Part shown: piece by piece, positions 42,100-55,262 of the stretch
Layout of the letters: the number at the start of each line of letters is the position of its first letter
Position numbering within the stretch: the stretch's first letter is position 1
DNA from: Octopus vulgaris
Taxonomy: Eukaryota
Length of the DNA stretch: 64,000 nt
Assembly (NCBI GenBank): GCA_951406725.2
Contig: OX597827.1
Span: 50,902,001-50,966,000, forward strand
Direction: 5' to 3'
Notes under the pieces: generated by a model
Database searches by the model: none
The model's input: the letters and a program-made list of their open reading frames with translations, nothing else
Told to the model about the DNA's origin: nothing
Made by a program: the position numbers and the translations under genes

Positions 42100-42305
42100 A
42101 ATGTAGATCGATAGATCGTTAGCCACTACACACATTTTTTTCTCTCCTTGTTTTTTCTGTGTCCCTTTCTGTAGAAGAGCGTAGGCGCGAAACGTAAAAG
42201 ACTTTTTCCGATCCTGGGCGTTATACTAATACATCTGTTTGTTTTGTACACAACCTGTCTTCGTCTTTTGTTTTGTTTTGTTTTTTTGTAAACTCTCCCT
42301 ATATA
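42100..42305 (+). mobile_element. Probable Penelope-like 3' remnant with variant hammerhead
   Basis: cttt-CTGTAGA-a-gagc gtag gcgc-GAAA-cg-TA-aaag, then CCTG(G/A)GCGT and a T-rich tail as in 57253-57415. Confidence 0.5.
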
Positions 42306-43206
42306 CTATATAACTTTAGGTTAATTCTGTTTTCAAACTGGCTTCCCTTCCTCCACCATGATATCTAGCCTCAACTTCAAACTTTTAAACAGAACTTAAG
42401 GAATTATCTGATGCTCTTAAAGGAGACTCCAGTTACCCAATTTATCCGTTCATTTTAATTTCTAAATGCTCTAATTTCACTTTGGGAATGAAATCAATTC
42501 TAAATAGGAAATCAATTTTTTATGTGAAATCGATTCCCAAGGAAAACATTGCCGCAAACACATCGATTTAGTCAGACTTGTATTTAGCCGTGTCTCCTAT
42601 GGTTTTCAAGTGTTTATATCTCTCTTATAAACTTGTTTACTATTCTTCTTTAATCTTTTAATCGTGTACGAAAGAACTGCCATGTTCCCAAAATTAAAAC
42701 GATCATTCCTATCAAACTGAAATTCACAATTCCTCTCAGATGTCTCGTTATTCCTCCAGAAAAATTCTTTGGCACTTTTTGAAACTCCTTTATGTATGAC
42801 TAGCTGACTGATGGCGGTTTGGAAAATACCAGACGTTTAGAAATCAGCTAATCGTGATATATCCAGATGACTTCTACTACAAACCTCAATATTTGCTATT
42901 AAACTATTTGTGGTGAAAGCGATGCATACATTGATATCTTTGCCAACAAATTTCATTCTCTCGCTCTCTCCCTCCCTCTCGCCCTTTCTCGATATATATA
43001 TATACAATCATGCACACATGTTGTACGCATACGTGGGGTGGTTATATATATGTATGTATGTATATACGTGTGTATATATATATAGAATCATTCTGGTCTT
43101 TGGCCAAATGCATATCGATTAATTTTCATTCCTACAGTACTCTTTTATCTTTTTTCACCTTATTATCTCTCTCCTACAGTCTCTTCCTCCAGACCAAACT
43201 CATATA

Positions 43207-43259
<53 letters not shown>

Positions 43260-43489
43260 GTGTGCGTAAGTATGCATGCATGAATGTATGTATGTATGTA
43301 TGTATGTGTGTATATATGTATGTTTCCTAAATACTCCCTCATTTCTCAGTTCGTATCCAACGACCTCAAATACGATACATCAAACAAATCCATTACTAAC
43401 TACACATAATCTATCATTCTAGCGTCTTGTTGAAACTATATTATACACCACAAGTAGGTTATACATTACCAGCAGAGATACAGCGAGAG

Positions 43490-43673
43490 AGCCTCTTATC
43501 TGAAATAACAGCCAAATGTCCCTCAAAATCATACCCTATCGTTTTATATAAGAGGAGGATACATCAGGGGGTATAGTCCGACGCATATCAAAAAGAACAA
43601 GTTGGTCGTGACTGGAAAGCCTTTGGTCATTGAGTTTCTTGATCAAGGCTGACCTAGAGCCTAAACTAAAACA
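43490..43673 (+). mobile_element. Dispersed repeat family E copy
   Basis: GAAATAACAGCCAAATGTCCCTCAAAATCATACCCTA...GATCAAGGCTGACCT. Confidence 0.6.
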
Positions 43674-43714
43674 ATCTTACCATCATCAGCATCACTAAAA
43701 CCTTCCATGTTGAT

Positions 43715-43960
43715 AAACCGAGTATCAATAATATTGAAGATGTGGTCGACTATTGCTTTCATCTTTCTGGAAGATGGTCGATAAAGTCCCAGTTGATTAC
43801 TGGAGTAGATATAATTCATAACAGCAATTCCTCGCCTTTGTTGCAAGGTGTATTTGTCACTTGAGTTGAGCTGATCAATGGTGTATGCGTTGCCATCGCA
43901 GAAGGGGATGCCTTTATTAACATTGTGTAGTGTATAGATGGATGTCGATGTTGGCTGTGA
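43715..43960 (-). mobile_element. Degraded non-LTR RT N-terminal domains
   Basis: IYTLH..KG...GN..TI..LNSSDK..LQQR....NQLG..R.....VDHIF matches the IPI.KKG..NYR.ISLL..K..QxGFR...VDHIF order. Confidence 0.4.
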
Positions 43961-44835
43961 GAATAACTGAAGCAAACGAACGTTTAACTTGATATTTATT
44001 GTCGGACATTATGATATATGGTGTTGACTATTTACAATAAATAACATTAATTGTTGCCAAATGAGAGAAGAGAAAAACTGCTCCGAAAACATAGAAAGTT
44101 ATCTGTGTTGACATCATGTGGTCAGTCCAAAAAACAACCCGAAGGCATTTACGCATCTCCCCGAAGCGGTATGTGGGGTCAGCGGCCCGTGGGTTGTCTG
44201 CCTTAATTTATGTACGAAACGGTTTTCATAGGGGACAAGGGGTTAAATTCTAAAACAATCAAGAAAACAGTGTCACTCCACAGTTTCACGCTAATTGATA
44301 GATTTATAGATCAATCACCTAAAACTGTGATAGCTCGCTCGTGATGCTTGACCAAGTACCTAGCGGTTTGGATTCGAATCGCCGCTACACCATCAACCAA
44401 TGCCAGAAATCAATATCTTGATGGGCTACAATGCATTTCACTTTAACTCATTCTGAACAATTTGATTTTAACTTCATTAGAATGAATTGATATTCTATCT
44501 TTTCAGGTCATATTACTTTTTGGGGGTACTAACCTATTTGTTTCGCCTATTAGAAGCCATTCTTAGACATTACTGAAAATATCGTAGGCACAAGCGTGGC
44601 TGTGTAGCAAAAATTTCGCTTCCCAACCACTTGGACAAGGGTCTTCTACTAATTCCCCGGACCGACCAAAGTTTTCAGTTGCTGAGTTTATATTCACATA
44701 AATGAAATTATATTTTATAATAATAATTACTATATAATTGAATATGATACTCAGCAATCTAAAGCTGGTGCAGAAACAAATGTTGTGATCAACTATTAAA
44801 ACTCGATATCCTCCATCCTCGTGTTGTATTATTCT

Positions 44836-44916
<81 letters not shown>

Positions 44917-44987
44917 TGGATCTTACAAGTATGAAGCGGATTCGATCCACTATAGCCAAATTTAAATTAACACTGCAACAGAACTCA

Positions 44988-45304
44988 ATGGAGTTCGGAC
45001 TGAGAAAGTGTGATGTGTTAGTCTTGAAGACAGGCAAAATCAAGTGTATGGACAGGCTACCGATACTGTCGGGGGAGGTTATGAAGCAGATAGAAGAGAC
45101 CGGCTATAAGTACTTGGGGATTTTGGAAATGGATAAATTGATGGAGAAAGAAATGACAGAAAAATTTAAGGAGTACTTACGCAGACTGAGACTGATCCTT
45201 AAGTCGAAATTAAACGGACGGAATAAGATTGAAGCTATCAAAACCTATGCAGTTTCACTCCTTAAATAATGAGCCTAGGTTATCGCATGGACAGTAGGCA
45301 AACT
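44988..45304 (+). mobile_element. R4/Dong LINE RT-thumb fragment
   Basis: MEFGLRKC...GYKYLGILE...EYLRRLRLILKSKLNGRNKIEAIKTYAVSLL. Confidence 0.9.
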
Positions 45305-45979
45305 CAGCCCTCAACTAATTTGAGAACCGAAATCATCTTCCTCCTATAAGTCCTGCCACCACCTAACAACTTGACATTTGTATCCTCACTATCACCATCA
45401 TCATCATCATCATTACAACAATTCCTACTTTGTTCCCATGTAGCAACATGAAAAAAACAGCGATTGTCTACTATTGGCAAACTTTCAACCCCCATAACAT
45501 TCATGCATAGAAGATAACTAGACAAACAGAACATATCGTCGTGTGGTTTGAAAACTCTCTCATATCTCCAAAATGAGCAAGGTTTCGCATCCCAACTAAA
45601 CAAACAAAATAAATCTCCCTCAAATTACAACCTACTGTCTGGAAAATAAGAGTTAAATTTTATGATATCGTCTTAAGTATGCAATATTCGAGAGAAGAAA
45701 GGGGTCGTTATTACTGAAGTGCATTTGATCAAGGTAGTCCTCGGTCAGGACTGACCTGAGGGTAATCAATAATTTCAATGGAGACGTCTAGGTACGTAGC
45801 TCACATCTGTATAAAGCTACCACTAGTTCTCAAATATCAATATATGAAAATGTATTTACTGCTGCCCTTTTTTTCTCCATCACTTCCAACAAGACACACT
45901 AGTCGCAAGTGTAGTTTTCGTAAAGCGATTGTTACTAACGGCTTTATTTTCTTAGATATTATCAAAGACTTGCACCATG

Positions 45980-47060
45980 TTACATCTCTTGGATTATAAG
46001 TTTCATCTCAAAAAGATTCATTGCAAAATCTCTCGACATAACATTTTCCACCCAAAATTCTAACAACTCTGCGTGTTTCAAGGCGTTCCTCTCTAACGAT
46101 ACATATTCCTGCATAGATTATATAACTCTTCAATCTTCCTTAAACTTTCGCATACATGAGTCATCTATACGCCAATTAGACACACCTGATTCACTGAACT
46201 TCTGTATCAGAAAACATTCTCCAAGGACTAGGTTTCATCTCAGGATAGAAAATTCTTCAGCCCAGAAAATTTTCTGATCCACGTTAGTGGACTGTCCCCA
46301 TACTTGGGGCAGTGCTATTAATGGATACTGAAACCTTCTAGACTGTATCAAAAGGAAACTGGAGTGAAGTATATCCAGCTGATTGATTAGAAACCTCGTC
46401 CTTGATATGTATCGTATGGCTTCTCTGTTGGGATAGTTCAATATTACTTTCAATAGAATCCCAATAGCCTGCTTTCGGTACAATAGTAAGACCGGCGTCT
46501 TACAATTTCTAGGCTCATTTCATTTATTTTCCGGTTAGTTAGAACTGGAAAGTTACATGCCTGGATTCGGGTAAGTGATTTCTTACTAGCCTTTAACGGC
46601 GAGAGTCCTAAAAATATTGGTAAATTTTCCATTGTGATGAGAATATATCTATATTCTACCAAGTGATTAAATGATTCGTTTATTTCACAACTGCATTATG
46701 AAACGTTTTTATTAGGTTTACCTGGTAGTTATTGGTGAACAAGAATTCTTCGTTTACAGTTTCTGCTTTGAATACAGTCCAGCTTAGGTTAAAATCTAAC
46801 TACTTCAGTTTTATTGGCACCTAAATATTGTCTGTCTAAGAGGTTTCACCCCTCAGCAATATTTTAGTTGTAATAATTCTTATTTGGCATATATTTGATG
46901 TAATGAGATGAGGTTAGTATTTGAAATTTGTCGTCTTTATATCGAGTTCTTTCACATATTCTTCAACCCTTTGGTTTTCGCCGTATCTCACCAATTCCGT
47001 CATTCAATCATCCCTCTTGACCATTTACTTACATTCTGCAATCAAAGTGGTTTATGTTCC
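45980..47060 (-). pseudogene. Decayed coding sequence of unknown identity
   Basis: Successive overlapping frames; one runs ~167 codons (46483-45980) with only three stops. No family recognised. Confidence 0.5.
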
Positions 47061-47230
47061 AGTATTAAACTAGTTGAAGTGAGTGGTCAATTTAATCTCT
47101 CACCAACCGCCATTTGGCCTTTGGTACCTTTAGCAAACTCCACTTAGTTGCAAATCTTCAGGTCCGCTTTCTAGTCTGACGATAAATGCCTCTTTTCCTT
47201 TTGCCGGTCATGAAGACTCTAAAGATGACT

Positions 47231-47535
47231 CTTATTCTGTCCGTTTAATTTCAGCTTAAGGATCAGTCTCAGTCTGCGCAAGTACTACTTAAATTTTTCT
47301 GTCATTTCTTTCTCCATCAATTTATCCATTTCCAAAATCCCCCCAGTACTTATAGCCCGTCTCTTCTATCTGTTTCATAACCTCCCCCGACAGTATCGGT
47401 AGCCTGCCCATACATTTGATTTTGCCTGTCTTCAAGACTAACACATCACACTTTCTCAGTCCGAACTACATTCTGATATCAGCACTGAAGTTATGCACCG
47501 TATCAACGAGGGAACTGACTTGGGCTTCTTCGTCT
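47231..47535 (-). mobile_element. R4/Dong LINE RT fragment, inverted relative to 44988-45304
   Basis: EAQVSSLVDTVHNFSADIRM*FGLRKC...; nearly identical to 44992-45228. Confidence 0.9.
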
Positions 47536-48732
47536 GGCTAAACCATTCAAAAAAAAAAACGTCTGCCCACGTCTTTTCTCTGCAAATACATTTGGTTGCC
47601 GTCATCACCATCATAATCATCATCAACAACAAGAGTAACAGCAGCAGCAGCAGCATCAGTGTAATCATCTTCATCATAAATCTGTGTGACTGATTTCTCT
47701 TGAACATTGTTGGAGATGTTGAGATGTTTTCCAATTTTCAAAATATTCCTATTGTTATGTCGTTATCTGTTATACTGGATGCAGCGCTTGTTAGAAGGAG
47801 GAGGAGGAGGAGGAGGAGGAGGGGGGGCTCTTTCTCAGCTGCTTCTGCTTCTTTCACTAACCACCTCTTCGTCTTTTTTCACCTTCTTGTCTCTTATTTT
47901 TTTTTTATTACTTTCACTTTCACATTCATTTTCTCTCCAATAGAAAGACTGGTAATTTACTTGCATTTTACATAATTTTTATTGTCGTCGTCGTCGTCGT
48001 CATCATCGTTGTTGTCGTTGTTGTTGTTGTTGTTGTTGTTCAAGTATTTACTATTTCTTCTCTGTTTATTTACCATCGATTTTCGTGAAGAAAAATTGAT
48101 GGAAATACGCTAAGAACATATTAAAAAGAAAAAAAAAAAAAAAAATGAAATTGCAAAAACAGTGAAAGTAGAAAATTTGAGAGTGGAGAGTGTGAGCGAG
48201 GGAGGGGAGAAAGCAAATTATCTTTTACTCTAACTTGAAAAATGGTTTCCAAGGTTTATCTATGAGCTTCACTTCAGGCATTAATTTTCTCTTGACTGGT
48301 TCTACAAGTGGAGTTAAGGCTAACAACACGCACACCTGTACCTACATGCTGTTATATTAGGCATCTGTTCAGCTGGAGATGCTTGCTACAGTATTGTACA
48401 CAGTTATTGTATACGGGCGTGTGAGCAGATAGACGTTACCTGTACAGAATATACTGTATGCTTATTTACAGGTGTGCATTAAGGAATGAGAGTGTAATGG
48501 TACGTGAGCCAGCGTGAGTAGTGAAGTACACTTGCTCTTACTTACAACGAAGCAATTATCTTCTGCTAGTAAATGTCCTAGCTTGATAAATTTTCGAATA
48601 TGTTTGCAACTATGTGCGTGTGACTGCATGTTTATATTCATCAAAATGCAAGTACCATTCAGATGCGTTAATGTCTGCATATAGAAGGTCGTTAGCACTT
48701 TTCACTTCGCAAACCCCTCTGTCTCTCCCTCT

Positions 48733-49147
48733 TATTTCTTTACTGCCCACAAGGAGCTATACACAGAGGGGACAAACAAGGACAGACAAACGGATTAAGT
48801 CGATTATATCGACCCCAGTGCGTAACTGGTTCTTATTGAATCGACCGCGAAACGATGAAAGGCAAAGTCAACCTCGGCGGAATTTGAACTCAGAACGCAG
48901 CGGCGGACGAAATACCTATTTCTTTACTACCCACAAGGGGCTAAACACAGAGGGAACAAACAAGGACAGACAAACGGATTAAGTCGATTATATTGACCCC
49001 AGTGCGTAACTGGTATTTATTGAATCGACCCCGAAAGGACGAAAGGCAAAGTCGACCTCGGCAGAATTTGAACCCAGAACGCAGCGGCGGACGAAATACC
49101 ACGAAGCATTTCGCCCGGCGTGCTAACGTCTCTGCTAGCTCGCCGCC
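48733..49147 (-). mobile_element. SINE family B, internally duplicated form
   Basis: 184-bp units at 48733-48916 and 48917-49100, plus head. Confidence 0.92.
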
Positions 49148-49151
49148 TTGT

Positions 49152-49204
<53 letters not shown>

Positions 49205-49397
49205 CAATTTTAATTCCCGACTTCACTTTTATTTGCTGGTGAACGTTTATCAATCACATTTAAATTAATTATATATTTTTTTTTTATATCAAATAATAAT
49301 TTAAATAATTATCTTCGTGTTTTAACCGTTGAAACAGATGTAGAACTTAAAATGTAATTATGCAACATCTGTGAAATCTTTATTCTCTTACGCCACG

Positions 49398-49633
<236 letters not shown>

Positions 49634-49831
49634 ATTTCATCATTGCAAATACTGAAATAACAGGAACTTGATGTCTGTTTAAAACAAAAGGTTAATATAT
49701 CTCTTCTCATTTCTTACTAGATGTCAGCATTATTTCATAATATTCTAAATTACCCATTATACATACATACATACATAAATGTTCGTGGTTACCTACTATA
49801 TACATATACATATGTATGCACACGCTGTATA

Positions 49832-50205
49832 TACTCTTTACTCTTTTACTTGTTACAGTCATTTGACTATGGCCACGCTGGAGCACCGCCTTTAGTCGAG
49901 CAAATCGACCCCAGGAAATATTCTTTGTAAGCCTAGTACTTATTCTATCGGTCGCTTTTGCCGAACCGCTAGCTTACGGAGACGTAAACACACCAGCATC
50001 GGTTGTCAAGCGATGTTGGGGCGGGACAAACACACACACAAATAGACATATATACGACGGGCTTCTTTCAGTTTCCGTCTACCAAATCCACTCACAAGAT
50101 CCGAAGCTATAATAGAAGACACTTGCCCAAGGTGCCACGCAGTGGGACTGAACCTGGAACCATGTGGTGGGTAAGCAAACTACTTACCACACAGCCACTC
50201 CTGCG

Positions 50206-50207
<2 letters not shown>
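49832..50207 (-). mobile_element. SINE family A
   Basis: Reverse complement of the full family A structure with a small deletion. Confidence 0.92.
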
Positions 50208-50290
<83 letters not shown>

Positions 50291-50384
50291 TCTATAAAAT
50301 GTACCCAGTGTAAGCTATGGACACATAAAATGTGCAGCAATTTCAAAGGAAGGTTAACGAGGCAGTGAAACATGAGCCATGAAT

Positions 50385-51205
50385 GCTGAGGACATTCGTA
50401 GACTTGAAAGAAATTAAGCTAGTATTATCCGCTGGATGTGTAATGTCTATGCATACACGACAGAGTGTAAGTGCCCTGAGAGAAATGTTGGGCATAAGAA
50501 GCATCAAATATGGTGTGCAAGAGAGGTGTCTGTGCTGGTATGGTCATGTATTGTGTATGAATGAAGACTGCTGTGTGAGGAAGCGCCACTCCTTAACTGC
50601 ATAAGGAACCTGTGGAAGAGGCAGACACAGGAAGGCATGAGATGAGATGGTGAAGCATGACCTTTAAACGTTGGGCCTCACAGAGGCAATGACTGGTGAC
50701 CAGAACCTTTGGAGATATGCTTTGGTTGAGAAGATCTGACAACTAAAGTGAGATTGCAGCCACGCATGTCCGACCCTGTTAAGAATATCCCTTATGCGTC
50801 GGGCAATATGACATGCTTGAGGAGACCTGTTGAGTCCAGTAAAACCAATATCGTAGCTGTGGTCAGTGCCCCCTGACTGGCTCCTGTGCCAGTGGCACAT
50901 AAAAAGCACCATCCGAACGTGATCGATGCCAGGTCTGCCTCATTGGCTCCTGTACCAGTGGCATGTAAAAAGTACCATCCAAACGTGATTGATACCAGGC
51001 TCATTTGACTGGCTCCCGCGCCGGCGGCACGTAAAAATCACCCACTACACTCTCGGAGTGGTTAGCGTTAGGAAGGGCATCCAGCTGTAGAAACACTGCC
51101 AGATCAAACTGGAGCCTGGTGCAGCCGCTGGCTCTCCAGGCCTCAATCAAACCGTCCAATCCATGCCAGCATGGAAAACGGACATTAAACGATGATGATG
51201 ATGAT
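50385..51205 (+). mobile_element. RTE-clade LINE 3' end with full 3' UTR
   Basis: IIRWMCNV..LREMLGIRSI..VQERCLCWYGHV..GRGR..; UTR with ~56-bp repeats (TGGCTCCTGT.CCAGTGGCA..TAAAAAG.ACCATCC), GCGTTAGGAAGGGCATCCAGCTGTAG and a (GAT)n tail. Confidence 0.9.
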
Positions 51206-53224
51206 ATATACGATGGATTTATTTCGGTTTCTGTCTACTAAATCCATTTATGTAAGTTTGGTGCACATTAGCATCATCATTGAAAAATAGCAACAAAGAC
51301 ACTGCAGTGTAATTTATCTGTGTCATCAAGTGAATAATATATACATACATATATATAAATACACACACACACATACACATGCATACAGGTAAATATTCAA
51401 TGTTGCTTAAATGCACACATACATACATTTACACATGTTCACACTACATGTACTGACATGCACATGCATACATGTTCTTCTTACTATAAAAACACACACA
51501 TGTAGATAGGCATATTCACAAAGATGTACGCCCACATGCATACAACTCATACACACAGTATCGCAGGCTAAGAAAACATATAGACACACATACATACCAA
51601 CGCATACATACATGTATATACTCATGTACAAATACACACAGATATATAATCACACACAGCTCAATCATAAAGACACACACATGAGTTAAGATTGTGCAGT
51701 AACATAATAAATTACCAGCCTTCTTATACTCATTGTGATTTTGAAATATTTTATTTGTTTATTTTTAATTAATTTTGATTGTTTGTTTGTTTTTTTCAAT
51801 TTGTATATATTTATTTTAATTTTTGTTCCTTTATTTATTGCTTTGATTCCCTCACCTCATTTTCTCTTAAAGATTGTGTAGAGACTCTCTTTTCATTAAA
51901 TTTTGTTGTTTTGTATCTGTTTTTAATTAGACAGCTCATGTTCATTACTTAGTTTGATCTCTTGCATCCTAGTTAGTCCTTAATTGTAACTTTAAAAAAA
52001 AAAATAAGGATCTTTCTCTTAATGACAATCAAAATGAATTCGTAATTAAGAAAACTGGACATTCTAGTATTCAACATATAAAAGGGCATCAAAACAAGTG
52101 ATCCAGTAACCAAAAAACTGCAGCTGAGAGGAAATCAGTTGAAATTCAAGAGATAAGAGAAAGCTCAAAAATGTAAAGCAGACGCAACTTAATGAATAAT
52201 TTTGCTATAAAAATGACAAAAGGATTGTGTTTAATAAAACAGGATTCTGCAGAAATATGCGGTTTGTAGTGGAACTTCTTCCTGAAGAGAAAAAGTAATT
52301 TCTTGAATTGTGCAGAAAAGAGAATTTTGATTTCTTACAGCGAGCATCCAAGAATATTTCTTCACCCAGATGACCACCAAAGATGTTTGGAAAAAAGTTA
52401 ATGAAAAATAATTTGAAGATTACCTACAAGCATCAAGATCTGGAGCAGATATAAACAAAGCTGGAGTGTTATCACTATCAATGTATTGGATGATATAACT
52501 TTTTAGCCATGAAAGTGTCTCTGCATGACATCGCAAAAATCAAATATTACAAAAGTATCTTCTTCCTTTTATGCATCAAGTTGTCTGCCCTCATTCCAAC
52601 AAATTAATCAAAATGTTTTGCCTAAATCATGAAATACAGATTCTATTTGTCTAGTGTCCGCAACTGGAATTTATGGCAATTTATGAAAGCATTTTTAAAA
52701 ACAAGAAAGCTATACTTATTTATAACAGTTCAGAAAAAGTTATAAAAAATAGAACCTGCATTACTGAAAAGATAATGATACCAAAAGTATCTTTTATTAA
52801 ATTTTGGTGATGAATACATTTCATTTATTAAAAAATAAAGAAGTATTTTATTAGAGAGAGAGAGAGAGAGGGGGGGAGAGAAATAATCACTCACTCAACA
52901 TTTACCAAGACCAAACTCATGATGTAATTTGAAAACTGGTGTACAATTTCTATATTCTCATAAAAAAAAATTATAAACTTGAAAAGCTTTATAGAAATTT
53001 TTTTATAGATTTGTTATTGTCGTGTTTTCAATAGGAAGTTGTGTAAAGTAAAGCTGTTTGCTGTTTACTGCAATGATATATGCAGTACAATAAATATATA
53101 GAAGATAAATTGAAAAGCATGGACGAAATAGATGGAAAACAAAAATTTTATACACTATTTAGTTAGTAATGCTATGACATAGAAAACAGAATAACGGGGT
53201 AGTCAAATTATGCATCTGTATGCG

Positions 53225-53440
53225 TCTGCCAGCCTCGTCTGGCACCTGTGTCGGTGGCACATAAAATCACCCACTACACTCTCGGAGTGGTTGGCGTTAG
53301 GAAGGGCATCCAGCTGTAGAAACACTGCCAGATCTGACTGGCCTGGTGCAGCCCTCGGGCTTGCCAGACCCCAGTTGAACCGTCCAACCCATGCTAGCAT
53401 GGAAAGCGGACGTTAAACGATGATGATGATGATGATGATG
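53225..53440 (+). mobile_element. 5'-truncated copy of the same RTE 3' UTR
   Basis: Matches 51000-51205; (GAT)n tail. Confidence 0.9.
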
Positions 53441-53669
53441 GACTTAATAGTGAACTATAAACTAAAAGTACTGCAGAAGAAATAAACCCTATGAAAAGAA
53501 GTATCCTATGCCATATAGTGTATAACCTTAAATCACTAAAGGCCAAGGTAACAAAACTAGCATACACTCGAGTGAAATTCCTCTCCCTTTTATTATATAT
53601 ATGAGCATGTGAACATAGCAGATAACAGCTAACCTTTGGCCACTATTTGGACCCTGTTGTGTCCACTAC

Positions 53670-53810
53670 TCTGATTGGTTGATATTGGCGCAATTTGTCT
53701 CTTACTTTGTCGTGCCAATCTACAGCATATAACCAATCAGAACTCTAAATAAGATCACGTGCAACAGCCAGTTCATAACTCAGATTGAGCTACCTGTTCA
53801 TTATAAAAAC
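53670..53810 (+). promoter_or_regulatory. Pol II promoter-like cluster (possibly LTR U3)
   Basis: CTGATTGGTT (53671), AACCAATCAG (53731), CACGTG (53756), TATAAAA (53802). Confidence 0.4.
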
Positions 53811-55109
53811 CCAGCTACTTCTCATCTCGAAGTCTTTGATTCCAGACCTTCTAAGGTCTAGCCACTGACCACACAAAACACAGCCGGTTCCAGTGACAAC
53901 GCCAGATGCCCAGGTTTCAACACAGCACTGTTCGTGAATTACTTCACCAGGGATCAACGGCAAATATACAACTATGAGTCAGACAACAACACCTGTTCAA
54001 CAGCATTACGGCAATCTTTTTCTTCATCACCATTATCTGCTTCTTAACAGCGTCAACAACATCTCCACATACACAGCTCAACCAGCAACACTGCACAGGT
54101 CCAACACAGCACTGTTTGTGAATTACTTCAGCATAGTTAGCTGTGAATATACAACCTGCAAGAACTCCTGTGCAAGTAATCCAGGCAGCAGCATTACAGC
54201 CACAACGTCTTATGATGTGTACCACAACCAGCCCTGCATCATCACCACAACTTCTTGATACAGTATTTCAATCACCATGTACAATTGACTATGAAACTGG
54301 TATTTCTCATTCTTGTGTCTATGAACATTCATCCAACTTCTCATTATATACTCTTTCACCGTTTTTCATTGCTATTATTATATGTACTTAAAGCACACCA
54401 ATTCCATCTATAAAATGGTGACTGATGTAGAACACACACCACGATGACCATCTAAAAAACCAATAGCTTATAATTTAATGCAAAGAATTAAAAACAAATG
54501 ACATGACAACATATATAGCAGATATTGTATTAGGGAGTGTGCCAAGATGAAATCCTGATAAACAGTTGGTAAACAACAATAGAAACAGAACTGAACATTA
54601 GACATTCTGTCTCACTGGACAAATGTTGTTATTTTCAATGGTACAATATAATAATCCACAAAATATATTCCAGAAACATATAAAAAGCAATTTTGGCAAG
54701 GATATCTCATTGAAAAGGCATCTGGCTCAATCCTCCAACTGAGATATATAGACTTCATCAGCTCATTTGCTGTCCATTTACTTCCTAAAGGCATAAACCT
54801 GATGAAGTTCAACTTGAATATCAAGTACAATAATCTAACTTTTATGATTGGGGATCATGTATTTAATTAAATAATTAATAAACGTAAAAGAATAATCTAT
54901 AATTTCATTTTCAATGAAACTACTATACCATGCATATATCTTTATCCTTATCATAAATCACTGAGGCAGACTATGTTCTCTTGATACATATTGCTTCCTT
55001 AAGTGTCTACACCAATCAACAGTCTTTCGCCCAAAATTCAGCATTATTGATGCTAAGGTTTAATATTTCCAAACCTTTTGAGTCATTTTCAGTGGCATTT
55101 CACCTATCT

Positions 55110-55262
55110 TTACATTCCGAGTTCAAATTCCACTGGGGTCAACTTTGCCTTTCATCTTTTCAGGTTGATTAAAATAAGTTCCATTTGAGTACTGGGGGTT
55201 GATGGAATTGATTTAGCCCCTTCCCCGAAGTTGTTGGCCTTGTGCCAAAATCTGAAACCAAT
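55110..55262 (+). mobile_element. SINE family B, partial and CpG-decayed
   Basis: B box, core and GGCCTTGTGCCAAAATCTGAAACCAAT tail. Confidence 0.75.

Noticed and set aside
50870-51045. CRISPR-like spaced repeats
   Set aside because: These are imperfect tandem ~56-bp units within an RTE 3' UTR, with no unique spacers, in a eukaryotic context.
52000-52560. A-rich stretch resembling a transposase N-terminus
   Set aside because: Frequent stops in all frames and no catalytic motif.
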